A stretch of 64,000 bases of DNA. It comes from Kiritimatiellia bacterium (GTDB taxonomy: Bacteria; Verrucomicrobiota; Kiritimatiellia; RFP12; UBA1067). A program made the position numbers and the translations under genes. Where the stretch lies: NCBI GenBank assembly GCA_050949565.1, contig JBMNFY010000007.1, positions 32,001 through 96,000 on the forward strand, read 5' to 3'. A model generated the notes under the pieces. It did not search any database and had not been told where the DNA came from. It saw only the letters and a list, made by a program, of their open reading frames with translations. The stretch's first letter is position 1. Each line of letters begins with the position of its first letter. Below, piece after piece: positions 20,341 through 30,745 of the stretch.

Positions 20341-22512
20341 ATGAAAGCACTTGTTCTTGGAATCATGGCATTTTGTGTGGTCGCCTCCGGTTGGAGCGGA
20401 TCGGTTCCGTCACCTGCGGTGTGCGTGAGGGCATGTCCTGATGGGGCGCAGTCGGCGCCGCGCCAGTGGAACGGCATAGCACCCCAAGTGAAGGCGTGGG
20501 AGCTCGGAAAGCGACAAGAGACGCTCGCATGGTTCGAGGAGAACCAGTTCGGCAAGACACCGGTCGGCCGCTTGCCGGATGAGGTGATTGGCGAAACCTA
20601 CGTTGCCTTCACCAATGCGGGCATCCGTATTGAGATCCACTGCAGTCTGCCGACCGGCGCTGATGCCGCGCATCCCGTACCGGTTTTTCTCTTCGGCGAT
20701 CATCGGGGCGGTAATGTACCGCCGGATTTCGCGCCGGAGGAATACGCTGGTGTTCCGACAAACTCGATCACGGCTCGCGGCTATGCCTATGTGCGGTGGA
20801 ACTTCAACGCTGTCTGCCCGAACGTGGATGCGAAACATTCATTCGAACGGTGGCCGCTCGGCATTATCTCCTATGTCGCGACAGGCGACAGGAATGCGAC
20901 GAACGTCGTTCGTCAGGCGAACTCTTGGGGAACGATTGGCGCATGGGCGTGGGGTAACTCGCGGGTGATGGACTGGATCGAGACCCGTCCCGAACTCGAC
21001 GCGACGCGTGTCGCCGTGCTCGGGCATAGCCGTGGCGGGAAGACCGCGCTTTGGACGGGCGCACAGGATGAGCGTTTTGCGATGACGATCTCTAACGGTT
21101 CCGGCTGCGGCGGTGCGCGGCTCGGACGGGCGAAAGATCCGAAGGCAGAGACCATCCGGCAGATCCTCAAGAACTTCCCGAATTGGTTCTGCCCCGCCTT
21201 TGTCGCGTGGATTGACCGGGATGCTGAGTTGCCGCATGACGCGGATGACCTCATCCGCCTGATCGCCCCGCGACTCGTCTATGTGGCGAGCGGGAGCGAG
21301 GACGCCTGGGCGGGTCCGGCGGCGGAGAAGGCGGCCTGGGATGCGGCCCATGACATTTATCGCGCGTATAAACTTGAAGAACGTATGGGGTACCACTGCC
21401 ACGACGGGCCTCACAAACTCCGTGCCGACGACTGGGAGAGGTTCATGGATTTTGCGGACCGTCATCTTAAAGCACCGTCCACGGCGGACTCGGATGCGAT
21501 CGAGCGTCGCATCGCGGCGGCATGCGTCGACGGTTCGCGTGCAGTGACGTTGGCGAAGAATGCGGCATCGGTGGACGGCGTTTGGCACCTGACGCGGGCA
21601 ATCCTCGTGCCGGACGACTTCACGCTTGTCTTTGATGGCTGCCGCGTGGAGCTTGTGGACGGGACGCAGGACAATCTTGTGCGCAACGCCGGTGCCGTAG
21701 AGGGGCAGTGTGTGCCGAACCGCGGCATTCGTATTCTCGGCAAGAATGGAGCGGTTCTGAGCGGTGGCAAACGCAACCACTATTTGCCCCGGCGCTCGGG
21801 CGATCCGAACGGCTGGCGGTCGGTCGGCATTCTCCTTTGTGACGTGAGCGACTACGAGGTCGGCGGGTTTGCGATGGAGGAAACCCAATGCTGGGCGATT
21901 TCCCAAGAACGTTGTTGCCGTGGTCACATACACGATATCGTCTTCGGTTCGACGGACATCATGTTCAATCAGGACGGCGTTGACGTGCGCAAGGGGTGCC
22001 ACGATCTTGTGATCGAGAACATCTCCGGTATGACAGGTGACGATGTTGTTGCGTTGACGGCCTATCGTGATCCTCCCGACTCTCCCGCGCGCTTCGGTAT
22101 GCAGATCGGCGGCAATGCGACGCTGGGCGAAGCGGATGACATCTACAACATCACGATTCGCAATATCCGAGCCCGTTCGTCGGGAGGGCATGGCGTCATC
22201 CGTCTGCTGACGTGTGATGGAATCAAGATGCACCACATTACGGTTGAGGATGTCGTTGATACGGCGACGGGGGATGAGAAGCGCCCGCAGGCGACAATCC
22301 GCATCGGAGACAAGAGTTACCACAGGACAAAACGGTGCGAGTTGGGTGAGATGCATCATATAAACGTCCGAGGCGTAAAAGCTTCGGGGAAAGTCGCGGT
22401 GTGGATCAGGGGGCCGCTGAGTGACTCCTCGGTCGTTTCTATCACCGAGGTGCCGGGCGGTAAAAAATATGAGATTTCTGCGCCGATGGAAAATGTCCAG
22501 CTTGACCAATAA
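20341..22512 (+). CDS. Exported CE15-like (glucuronoyl esterase family) esterase fused to a GH28-like beta-helix domain
   Basis: Signal peptide; IGAWAWG, GHSRGGK, SGCGGA, LIAPR (CE15); NQDGVD and TGDDVVAL (GH28-like). Confidence 0.8.
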   Translation: MKALVLGIMAFCVVASGWSGSVPSPAVCVRACPDGAQSAPRQWNGIAPQVKAWELGKRQETLAWFEENQFGKTPVGRLPDEVIGETYVAFTNAGIRIEIHCSLPTGADAAHPVPVFLFGDHRGGNVPPDFAPEEYAGVPTNSITARGYAYVRWNFNAVCPNVDAKHSFERWPLGIISYVATGDRNATNVVRQANSWGTIGAWAWGNSRVMDWIETRPELDATRVAVLGHSRGGKTALWTGAQDERFAMTISNGSGCGGARLGRAKDPKAETIRQILKNFPNWFCPAFVAWIDRDAELPHDADDLIRLIAPRLVYVASGSEDAWAGPAAEKAAWDAAHDIYRAYKLEERMGYHCHDGPHKLRADDWERFMDFADRHLKAPSTADSDAIERRIAAACVDGSRAVTLAKNAASVDGVWHLTRAILVPDDFTLVFDGCRVELVDGTQDNLVRNAGAVEGQCVPNRGIRILGKNGAVLSGGKRNHYLPRRSGDPNGWRSVGILLCDVSDYEVGGFAMEETQCWAISQERCCRGHIHDIVFGSTDIMFNQDGVDVRKGCHDLVIENISGMTGDDVVALTAYRDPPDSPARFGMQIGGNATLGEADDIYNITIRNIRARSSGGHGVIRLLTCDGIKMHHITVEDVVDTATGDEKRPQATIRIGDKSYHRTKRCELGEMHHINVRGVKASGKVAVWIRGPLSDSSVVSITEVPGGKKYEISAPMENVQLDQ

Positions 22513-22528
22513 TGTGTCGGGTTAGGGA

Positions 22529-22558
22529 TTGACTGCCGCTCCCTTCTCTCGGCATAAT
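22529..22558 (+). promoter_or_regulatory. Sigma70-type promoter
   Basis: TTGACT-N18-CATAAT upstream of ATG 22628. Confidence 0.5.
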
Positions 22559-22627
22559 GTGTATCAACTGTGGAAGTTGAGAGTTGCCGGTAGATTCCAT
22601 AAGATGCCAGTGAATGAGAGGGACGTC

Positions 22628-25600
22628 ATGAACTATAAAACGTTGTTCCTGTGTGTGTGTGTCGCCGCATCTGTCGTGCAGGCCCAAACCGTGTTGACCT
22701 ACAACGGCGCCAACGATGGAGACTGGTTCGCGGCGAACGTCTGGCTTGATGCCGCCAGCCAACCTGCGAGTTGGCAAGATGGTGCGGTGGCAGTGATCAC
22801 GAACCGGTATGTCAACCTGACCACGAATGCAACGGTTTACGGTCTGCGCGTCCATCTGGCGGCCTACACCCGCTTTCACGGTGCTGGCAAAATGACAATC
22901 GGTGCGGGCGGCATCGTGAAGACCGGCTCGGGTGAAATGAACATCCGGTATCAGGGCGGTGTCCACCTTACCGCTTCTCAGCCGTGGGACGCCCCGGACG
23001 GCGGTCTGATCTGTCCGGACGGACTGGTTAAGATTACCGCTGAGGACGGCGTGACGATCACAGGAGGCGGCCGCGCCGTGTTGCGCATGAACTCCGGGGG
23101 CGCATTGGGGGCGTCCCAAATGCTGCACGTGAAAACCAATGCGCACATTTCGATGCCTGCCAGCGGCTCGCTGGGATCGCCCGTTGTGTTGCTTGAGGGG
23201 GATGGCGTGCGTCTGTCCGCCGACGCGAATTGCATGTTGAACGCAACGCGGTTTGGTAGCCGGTTGATCGTACGCGATGGCGCTGACCTGAACGGTGCTG
23301 CCTGTACTCTCAGCTTACCGAAAATCGAGGTTGATGCGCCGTCTTTCACGACGCAAGTGGTTTCGTTGGCGACCTTTACTTCGCTCGCGTTGGGAGTGGC
23401 CGAAACCGAACTCGCGGTGACGGCACCTGCGATGTTGCAGATGAACGCCCCGCTGAATGACGCGACTGACGTGTCGGCGGCTTTGCGTAAGACCGGCTCG
23501 GGCGTGCTGCGTCTGAGCCGGGCTGGTCAATTTTCCGGCGGGCTGACTGTCGATAACGGGTGGACCGAACTGGCGCATGCGGCGGGCGCAGGGACCGGAC
23601 CGGTCACGCTGGCCGCAGGGACGACGCTGGAACTGACAGGCGACGGGACTGTCCCGAATGTGATCTCCGGCGACGGGTGCGTGGTCAAATCTGGCGCGAC
23701 GAGCGTGACGTTGGGTGGTGCGAACACGTATGCGGGCGGGACATCGATCGCGGGCGGTGCCGTGCGTGTGGCCACACCGGCCGGACTCGGCAGCGGCGCG
23801 GTGACGGTCGCGGAGGGTGCCAAGCTGGTGTTGACCGCTTCGCAAACGGTCGTGCCGGCCGAGGTGGCGCGTATCGCCGGTGACGGATCGGTCTGGGCCG
23901 GTGCAGGCGCAGAGGTGGTGTGGGGCGCTGATTACATGACGGGCAGCACGCCGGCGCTGTTAGCGGAGTCAGGCGGGATCATCGAGATCGGGCAACTGAC
24001 GGGATCGGGATTTGTCAAAACGCAGCCGGGTACATTACGGATCAACGGAACCACCGGCTACAGCGGCGAGATCGTGGTGAACGAGGGTGTGCTGGATATC
24101 GGCAGCACGGCGAACTTGGCCGCTGGCGTAACGGTGCGGACCGAAGGCAGCGGCTGTGTGCAGCTCAACGGTCTTGCAGGTCAGGATCTGACGCGAATCA
24201 CCGGGACGCGCACCGTGGCGTTCGCTGACGGCGCGAGTGTCGCGGTGGACACCGACACGTTGACTGTCGGCCTGTCCACGGTGGCCAATCAAAGCTGGAC
24301 GGCCGCCCCGTTGAGCGGGTCCGGTGACTTGGTGAAGACCGGACCGGGCACGCTGGTGGTCGCAAACGGTACGGCTTTCACAGGGAATGTACGTGTGCTT
24401 CAGGGTGAGTTGGTAGCTACGGATGCATTGGGCTCTGGTTCGGTCACGGTGTCGAACGGGGTGTTCGCGGCGCGTGGCGCAGACGCATCGCTGTTGAATA
24501 CGTTTACGGTGGCGGGAGGCGAACTGCTGGCGGATGCGGGGGCTTCGCTCGGTGCCGGAACGATTCAGATGCTGGCTGGCGGGGTCGTGGCGGCTACCAA
24601 CGGTGGTTCGTTGGGATCAGGTTCGTTGGCGCTGTCCGCCGGTCGTCTGCGCATGGATGCCGGAGGGTCGGCCGGTACGCGGGCGGTGACACTCTCGAAC
24701 AGTGGCCGCATTGAAGTGTACGATGGCGCGGGATTCGATCAGGGCGCGTCGCTGACGATCGGTGGAGGGACTTTGGAGTTCAGGGCGACGACCACATTGA
24801 ACATCGGTGTCACGCTCACGGCCAACACGACCTTCAGCGCGAACACGTCGGCCGGTGCACAGGAGGCGGTTACGGGAACCTTGGCCGGGTTCCTCACAAC
24901 GACGGCCCGGAGCAAAGTGATCGTGAATGGCAATGCCCGTTTGCGAATCGCGGGCGGCGGTTCTTTCATCAGCGGCGGTGAAATCTTTGTGCAGAGCGAC
25001 GGCGATCTGGAAATTGTTTCAAATAAGGTCACGGTCACCGGTTATGCCGGTTTAGAGTCCAGCGGCAAGCGATTCGCGGTTGCCGATGGCGGCACATTTG
25101 AGATGTCCAACAGCGGGGCGAGGTTGCATGCCGGACACGGAAGCGGTAACGCACTTTTCGAAGTGCTGACCGGGGGCGTGTTTACGGCCAAGAGTGTCGT
25201 GCACGTCGCGATGAATGGGGGCGACTGCACCTTCCGGGTGAATGGCGGCGAGGCGATTCTGGAAGGTAACGTCGGTTTTGAATGTGGCAACGGTTCAGCG
25301 GCCAGCGACGGGCGCATTGAACTGCTTGCGGGAATACTGCGCACCAGCCGTCAACTGACTCGCGGAACGGGGACGGGGCAGGTCGTGTTCAACGGCGGGA
25401 CGTGGGTGCGTGATGCCGCGTTCGCGCCAAATCCATGGATCGCCTCGACCATCCCGCTAACGGTCGAGGCGGGCGGCGGTCAGTTTGTGTTGAACGGTGC
25501 CGAGGGCGTATTGGGGTCGGCCGGGCTTTCGGGGACGGGGCTCTTGCAACTCACAGGTGGCGGGGCGCTGACCTTCGGGGCTGCGTCGCCCGACTGGACA

Positions 25601-27157
25601 GGCGGGTTGACATTGGTCGACGCGGACGCGGCGGCTGCGGCCACGAACGCGCTCGGGTACGGCGACGTTCTGCTCGGCACGAACACGTTGCGCGTCAGCG
25701 CGGATGTGCTGCTGCCGAACCACGTGTATGCACCGCTTGAAGGTGGATGCATATCGGTGGATGAAGGTGTGTGCGGAGCGGTGGCGGAACTGTCGGGTGG
25801 TTATCTGACCAAGCGCGGGGCTGGCGAATTGGTTGCCGATAACATCAAGGAGGGGAGCGACCTGAGTATCCAAGCCGGAACGGTCAAGGTGGAGCCGATC
25901 GCCGCGGTGGCAAAAGTGCCGGCAGGAGAGCCGGTGATCTGGATGGATGCGTCGGTCGCGGCGTCGTGCACGATGGCGACTTCGAATGAAGTCAGTCGCT
26001 GGTACGACCGGCGCACGCCTGGCAGCGACGACAATTTCTATGCAAGCGTTAAGTACAAACCGCCGCTGTGGGTTACCAATGCGCTGAACGGCCTGCCGGT
26101 GTTGGATTTCGGCAAGCTGGGGCAGAGTGGCCAAGTCAATGAGAATCGCATGCTGGAGTTCAAGAGTTATCAGGACAACATCCGTTCGGTCTTTTGGGTT
26201 ATCGGCAGTCGCAACGGCGGCGGTTTTCTGTTGGGGGACAGTAAAAACGACAGCGAGAGACGTCATTTCCATCGCGGCAGTCAGAGCGGGAGCTTTGGTG
26301 GTGTGCCCGGCGATTCCTTGTGGCATGCAGCGTCCGACAAAGGCGTGGTGCGCGCAGGCGAAACCTGGACCAACGGCATTCCGGTAAACGGTATGTCCTG
26401 TGGGCTGAGCGGTGGGTACGATCTGGTCTCGTGGCGGCTCTCCGAAGCCGACGATGCGGCTGGCAACGCGCCGGGCGCGATCTGGTTTGCCTCCTGTTAT
26501 GCACCAACCGACGGACGCCTCAACGGCGGACAGGAATTGGGCGAGGTGTTGATCTACACCAACCGGCTGAGTGAGGCGGAGCGGCTGGCGACGGAGCGCT
26601 ATCTGATGCGCAAGTGGTTCTCGCAGCATACGTCGGCGGGTTTGGCGCTGGGCACGGTGAGTCTGGATGGCGCGGGGGCGGGGTTTGTGAACGCCTATCC
26701 CGCTCCAGTCCGGATCGTTGAGCTGGTGGTGAATGCCGAGGATGTCTTTGTGACGGGTGTTCCCGGAAGCACGATCGCAGAACGAGTGACGGTGACGGCA
26801 TCCGGTGTTTTGGACGCGGCGCGGTTGACGGCGCTGGCTGCGGCCGAGTTGGTGATGCAGGAGCAGGCCACGCTGGCGGCGAGCCTCGATGCCAACGGCC
26901 AGGCTGTTGCGCTACACGTCGAGGGAGATGTCTCATTGCCCGTTGCGGCACGTTACACCGTGGGGCTCGGCGACGGCGTGCGACCTGCTTCGCGCACGTT
27001 GCTGGTCACTGCAGACGGCGCGATCGTCACACCTGGAGCGGCAACGACTTGGACGCGCACGGGAGGGCAGTCGGGCGCCTCGCGCGTGGTGGTCGATCCC
27101 GCCACGTCAACGATCTGGCTGTATTCGCCGCAAGGTACGGTAATGTTCTTACGCTAG
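22628..27157 (+). CDS. Large exported autotransporter-associated beta-strand repeat protein with LamG-like domain, no beta-barrel
   Basis: Signal peptide ending VQA; repeated LxKxGxGxL motifs (LRKTGSGVL, LVKTGPGTL, GANTYAGGT); WMDAS, LNGLPVLDFG, ELGEVLIY...YLMRKW; ends SPQGTVMFLR. Confidence 0.85.
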   Translation: MNYKTLFLCVCVAASVVQAQTVLTYNGANDGDWFAANVWLDAASQPASWQDGAVAVITNRYVNLTTNATVYGLRVHLAAYTRFHGAGKMTIGAGGIVKTGSGEMNIRYQGGVHLTASQPWDAPDGGLICPDGLVKITAEDGVTITGGGRAVLRMNSGGALGASQMLHVKTNAHISMPASGSLGSPVVLLEGDGVRLSADANCMLNATRFGSRLIVRDGADLNGAACTLSLPKIEVDAPSFTTQVVSLATFTSLALGVAETELAVTAPAMLQMNAPLNDATDVSAALRKTGSGVLRLSRAGQFSGGLTVDNGWTELAHAAGAGTGPVTLAAGTTLELTGDGTVPNVISGDGCVVKSGATSVTLGGANTYAGGTSIAGGAVRVATPAGLGSGAVTVAEGAKLVLTASQTVVPAEVARIAGDGSVWAGAGAEVVWGADYMTGSTPALLAESGGIIEIGQLTGSGFVKTQPGTLRINGTTGYSGEIVVNEGVLDIGSTANLAAGVTVRTEGSGCVQLNGLAGQDLTRITGTRTVAFADGASVAVDTDTLTVGLSTVANQSWTAAPLSGSGDLVKTGPGTLVVANGTAFTGNVRVLQGELVATDALGSGSVTVSNGVFAARGADASLLNTFTVAGGELLADAGASLGAGTIQMLAGGVVAATNGGSLGSGSLALSAGRLRMDAGGSAGTRAVTLSNSGRIEVYDGAGFDQGASLTIGGGTLEFRATTTLNIGVTLTANTTFSANTSAGAQEAVTGTLAGFLTTTARSKVIVNGNARLRIAGGGSFISGGEIFVQSDGDLEIVSNKVTVTGYAGLESSGKRFAVADGGTFEMSNSGARLHAGHGSGNALFEVLTGGVFTAKSVVHVAMNGGDCTFRVNGGEAILEGNVGFECGNGSAASDGRIELLAGILRTSRQLTRGTGTGQVVFNGGTWVRDAAFAPNPWIASTIPLTVEAGGGQFVLNGAEGVLGSAGLSGTGLLQLTGGGALTFGAASPDWTGGLTLVDADAAAAATNALGYGDVLLGTNTLRVSADVLLPNHVYAPLEGGCISVDEGVCGAVAELSGGYLTKRGAGELVADNIKEGSDLSIQAGTVKVEPIAAVAKVPAGEPVIWMDASVAASCTMATSNEVSRWYDRRTPGSDDNFYASVKYKPPLWVTNALNGLPVLDFGKLGQSGQVNENRMLEFKSYQDNIRSVFWVIGSRNGGGFLLGDSKNDSERRHFHRGSQSGSFGGVPGDSLWHAASDKGVVRAGETWTNGIPVNGMSCGLSGGYDLVSWRLSEADDAAGNAPGAIWFASCYAPTDGRLNGGQELGEVLIYTNRLSEAERLATERYLMRKWFSQHTSAGLALGTVSLDGAGAGFVNAYPAPVRIVELVVNAEDVFVTGVPGSTIAERVTVTASGVLDAARLTALAAAELVMQEQATLAASLDANGQAVALHVEGDVSLPVAARYTVGLGDGVRPASRTLLVTADGAIVTPGAATTWTRTGGQSGASRVVVDPATSTIWLYSPQGTVMFLR

Positions 27158-27257
27158 AGGTTCTTGCAAACCCCCTCGTGGCATGGGCGTCCCGCCCATG
27201 AAACACGGGCAAGATGCCCGTGCCACACCTGTAAGCAAGGGGTTTTGCAAGACCTTC
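27157..27257 (+). mobile_element. ~100-bp MITE-like element carrying a REP doublet
   Basis: Inverted ends gaggttcttgcaaacccc / ggggttttgcaagacct; copies at 30568-30668 and 60749-60848. Confidence 0.75.
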
Positions 27258-27372
27258 GCTAAGCGACCTGCCGCGGCTCTTACCCAATTTTGCATTGTGT
27301 CATTACCCGTAGAAGGGTACCATGGTGCTCTTATTTTCGTGATAGGTCTCTTGTGCGGGTAAAGGAGTTGAG

Positions 27373-27663
27373 GTGAGTCAAAAGATCGACGTGGCCGAAG
27401 TGGCAGAACAGGCCCGGATAGCGCTGACGCCGGAAGAAAAAAATACGTTTCAGCGGCAATTGGAATCGATCCTCAGCTATGCCGAAAGGATCGGCGAGCT
27501 GGATCTGGACGGGGTTGAGCCGACACTGCACGGCAACCCGCGTGTCAATGTGTTCCGTGATGACGTGGTGGTGCCTTCGGTCGGGCGCGACTGCTTTCTA
27601 AGTAATGCTCCGGAGCGGAATGACGCAGAGATCCGGTTGCCGAAAATCGTGGAAGATGCGTGA
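27373..27663 (+). CDS. gatC: Asp/Glu-tRNA amidotransferase subunit C
   Basis: 96 aa; ELDLDGVEPT, FRDD, NAP...PKIVE; directly upstream of gatA. Confidence 0.93.
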   Translation: MSQKIDVAEVAEQARIALTPEEKNTFQRQLESILSYAERIGELDLDGVEPTLHGNPRVNVFRDDVVVPSVGRDCFLSNAPERNDAEIRLPKIVEDA

Positions 27664-27676
27664 GGGGTCGAACAAG

Positions 27677-29110
27677 ATGATCGGGAAGGAATTAACGCTT
27701 TGCGCGGCCACTGAAGGGCTGCGGCAGAAGACGTTTTCATCGGTTGAACTGACGCAGTCGGTTCTGGATGCGATCCGTGAAAAGGATGGCGAACTGAATG
27801 CCTATTTGAACGTTGATGAGGACGGGGCGTTGCAACAGGCGGCGGCGGCTGATGCGGCGCGTGCGGCGGGGCGCGACGGCGACCTGCTGGGCATTCCGTT
27901 GGCCTTGAAAGATGCGATCAGCGTGGCGGGGCAGCCCTGCTCCTGCGCGTCGAAGATGTTAGCCGATATGATTGCACCGTATGACGCCACGGTGTCGGCG
28001 CGGCTACGCGAGGCGGGCGTGGTCTTTGCGGGACGTACCAACATGGATGAGTTCTCCATGGGGGCGTCAACCGAGGGCTCGGCGTTCAAAATCACGCGTA
28101 ACCCGCATGACCACACGCGCGTCCCCGGCGGTTCGAGCGGCGGCTCGGCGGCGGTGGTGGCCGGCGGCATGGCGCTTGCGGCGCTCGGCACCGACACAGG
28201 CGGCTCAATTCGGCAGCCTGCCGCGTTCTGTGGCTGTGTGGGGCTCAAGCCCTCCTATGGCCGTGTCTCACGTTACGGTGTTGCGGCGTGTGCCTCGTCA
28301 ATGGATCAGGTGGGGCCCATGACTCGCACGGTCGAGGATGCGGCCTTGCTCTTGCAGGTGCTGGCGGGGGTTGACCCGCATGACGGCACTACGCTGGACG
28401 CGCCGGTCCCGGACTATCGGGCGGCGTTGCGCGACGGAATGGCGGGGATGCGGATCGGCTTGCCCCGTGAATATGACACCGGCGATATCGATCCCGAGGT
28501 GACGGCCTGTGTACGCCGGACCGTGGATGCTTGCGCAGCGGCGGGTGCGAAGATCGTGGAACTGAGTCTGCCGCACACGAAGTATGCGGTTGCGGCCTAT
28601 ACGATCTTGGCTGCGGCTGAGGCGTCGGCCAATTTGGCGCGGTTCGACGGGGTACGTTATGGACGCCGCGCAGCGAAGCCGGAATCGGTCTTCGATCTGT
28701 ACGCGCAGAGTCGTGCCGAGGGCTTTGGCCCAGAGGTCAAGCGGCGGATCATCCTAGGAACGTACGTGCTGGGTAGCGGACGTTATGATACCTATTACGG
28801 GCGTGCGCTGCGAGTGCGGACGCTCATCCGGCATGATTTTGACGAGGCGTTCAAACGGTGCGATGTGCTGTTCACGCCGGTGACGCCCACAGTGGCGTAC
28901 AAGATCGGCGAGGCATGCGACGATCCGCTCAAAATGTACCAGAGCGAAATGTTCACGGTGCCAGCCAGTCTGGCGGGAATTTGCGGACTTTCGATGCCGT
29001 GCGGCCGGACCACATCCGGGCTGCCCGTCGGTCTTCAGATCCTCGGACCAGTACTCGGCGAGTGTGCGGTGCTGCGGGCAGGACGGGCGGTGGAAATTGC
29101 GACGCGATGA
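27677..29110 (+). CDS. gatA: Asp/Glu-tRNA amidotransferase subunit A
   Basis: TNMDEFSMG, PGGSSGGS, GTDTGGSIRQPA, NLARFDGVRYG, EVKRRIILGT. Confidence 0.96.
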   Translation: MIGKELTLCAATEGLRQKTFSSVELTQSVLDAIREKDGELNAYLNVDEDGALQQAAAADAARAAGRDGDLLGIPLALKDAISVAGQPCSCASKMLADMIAPYDATVSARLREAGVVFAGRTNMDEFSMGASTEGSAFKITRNPHDHTRVPGGSSGGSAAVVAGGMALAALGTDTGGSIRQPAAFCGCVGLKPSYGRVSRYGVAACASSMDQVGPMTRTVEDAALLLQVLAGVDPHDGTTLDAPVPDYRAALRDGMAGMRIGLPREYDTGDIDPEVTACVRRTVDACAAAGAKIVELSLPHTKYAVAAYTILAAAEASANLARFDGVRYGRRAAKPESVFDLYAQSRAEGFGPEVKRRIILGTYVLGSGRYDTYYGRALRVRTLIRHDFDEAFKRCDVLFTPVTPTVAYKIGEACDDPLKMYQSEMFTVPASLAGICGLSMPCGRTTSGLPVGLQILGPVLGECAVLRAGRAVEIATR

Positions 29111-30564
29111 ACAACGAGGCAAAAATGATTCCGTATTTGGTTACTATCGGTTTGGAGACGCACGTTCAGCTCAAGACCGCCACCAAGATGTTTTGCGGGT
29201 GCAGCCTGACTTTCGGCGAAGAGCCGAACACCACGGTTTGCCCGGTCTGCATGGGATATCCGGGCGCGCTGCCGGTACTCAACCGCGAGGCGGTTCGATT
29301 GACGGTTATCTCCGGTCTGATGTTGGGGTGCGAGATCAGCCGTCACAGCATCTTTGACCGCAAGAACTATTTTTATCCGGATATGTCGAAGGACTATCAG
29401 ATCACGCAGAACACCTATCCGCTTTGTCTGGGTGGCGGTGTCACGATCGAGACGCCAGAGGGACCGAAACGCATCCGTATCCACCACATCCACATGGAGG
29501 AGGATGCGGCGAAGATTAACCACTACGCTCGTTTTAGCGGGGTGGATTTCAACCGCTGCGGCACGCCCTTGATCGAGATCGTGTCCGAGCCTGATCTGGC
29601 CTCGCCGGACGAGGCGATGGCGTATCTCCATGCCCTCAAGCAGATCCTCGTGTATGCGGGAGTGAGCGACTGCAATCTGGAAGAGGGCAACATGCGGTCG
29701 GACGTGAACATCAGTGTGCGTCCCGCAGGTCAGGAACAGCTTGGGACGAAGGTGGAGATCAAGAACATGAACACCTTCAAGGGCATTCATGCGGCACTGG
29801 AGTATGAGATCGCGCGTCAGCTGGCCGTGGTCAGGGGCGGTGGAACACTGGTGCAGGAGACGCGGCGCTGGGATCCTGAACTGGGCGAAACGCAGTCGAT
29901 GCGCAGCAAAGAGGATGCGCTTGACTACCGCTATTTTCCTGAGCCGGACTTGGTGCCGGTTGAGCTGTCCGAGGCGCAGATCGATTCGTGGCGGGCGCAG
30001 TTGCCCGAGGCGCCGGCGGCGCGGCGCGCGCGCATGATGGCCGAGTACGGCATCCCCGAGTATGACGCGGGCGTGCTGGCTGACGTGAAGGAGAACGCTG
30101 ATTTCTTCGAGGCGGCGGCGCGGGCGTGCAAGCCCGAACTGGGCAAGATGGTGTCCAACTGGTTCATGACCGAAGTGATGCGGCTTCTTTCCGAATCAGG
30201 AGCGGGCGTGGACGCATGTGCGTTGACGCCTGCCGCGCTGGCGGAGTTGGTCACGCTGGTGGATGAAGGAGTGATCAACGGACCCACAGCCAAGGAACTG
30301 TTACCCGAAGTGTTCGCAAAGGGCGGTTCACCGCGCGCTATTGTTGACGAGCGTGGACTCGCGCAGGTGAGCGACGTGTCGATGCTGGAGGCGTTTATCG
30401 CTCAAGTATTTGCGGAAAACGCGAAGACGGTCGCAGATTTCCATGCCGGGAAAAAGGCGGCTGCTGGGTTCCTCGTGGGACAGGTGATGAAGTTGAGCAA
30501 GGGCAAGGCCGATCCGAAGCAGGTGGGCCGTTTGGTGGCCGAACGGCTGGCGGAGGGACAGTAG
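29107..30564 (+). CDS. gatB: Asp/Glu-tRNA amidotransferase subunit B
   Basis: IGLETHVQL, FDRKNYFYPD, HMEEDA, DFNRCG, YRYFPEPDL, VGQVMK. Confidence 0.97.
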   Translation: MNNEAKMIPYLVTIGLETHVQLKTATKMFCGCSLTFGEEPNTTVCPVCMGYPGALPVLNREAVRLTVISGLMLGCEISRHSIFDRKNYFYPDMSKDYQITQNTYPLCLGGGVTIETPEGPKRIRIHHIHMEEDAAKINHYARFSGVDFNRCGTPLIEIVSEPDLASPDEAMAYLHALKQILVYAGVSDCNLEEGNMRSDVNISVRPAGQEQLGTKVEIKNMNTFKGIHAALEYEIARQLAVVRGGGTLVQETRRWDPELGETQSMRSKEDALDYRYFPEPDLVPVELSEAQIDSWRAQLPEAPAARRARMMAEYGIPEYDAGVLADVKENADFFEAAARACKPELGKMVSNWFMTEVMRLLSESGAGVDACALTPAALAELVTLVDEGVINGPTAKELLPEVFAKGGSPRAIVDERGLAQVSDVSMLEAFIAQVFAENAKTVADFHAGKKAAAGFLVGQVMKLSKGKADPKQVGRLVAERLAEGQ

Positions 30565-30567
30565 GGG

Positions 30568-30668
30568 GAGGCACTTGCAAAACCCCTCGTGGCATGGGCG
30601 TCCCGCCCATGAAACACGGGCAAGATGCCCGTGCCACACCTGTAAACAAGGAGTTTTGCAAGATCCTC
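30568..30668 (+). mobile_element. MITE-like element, copy 2
   Basis: gaggcacttgcaaaac...gttttgcaagatcctc with the same internal REP doublet. Confidence 0.75.
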
Positions 30669-30745
30669 GGGGACTATTGCGGCTTTCCCGCGAGCGATTT
30701 TTTTGGCAAACTCTTTCCTTCGTACGGCAAGCAAGGAGAACGACG

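Noticed and set aside
20839-22509. 556-aa minus-strand ORF
   Set aside because: Antisense shadow of the CE15/GH28-like gene with no motifs of its own.
22628-27157. Classical type Va autotransporter
   Set aside because: No C-terminal beta-barrel or terminal aromatic residue.
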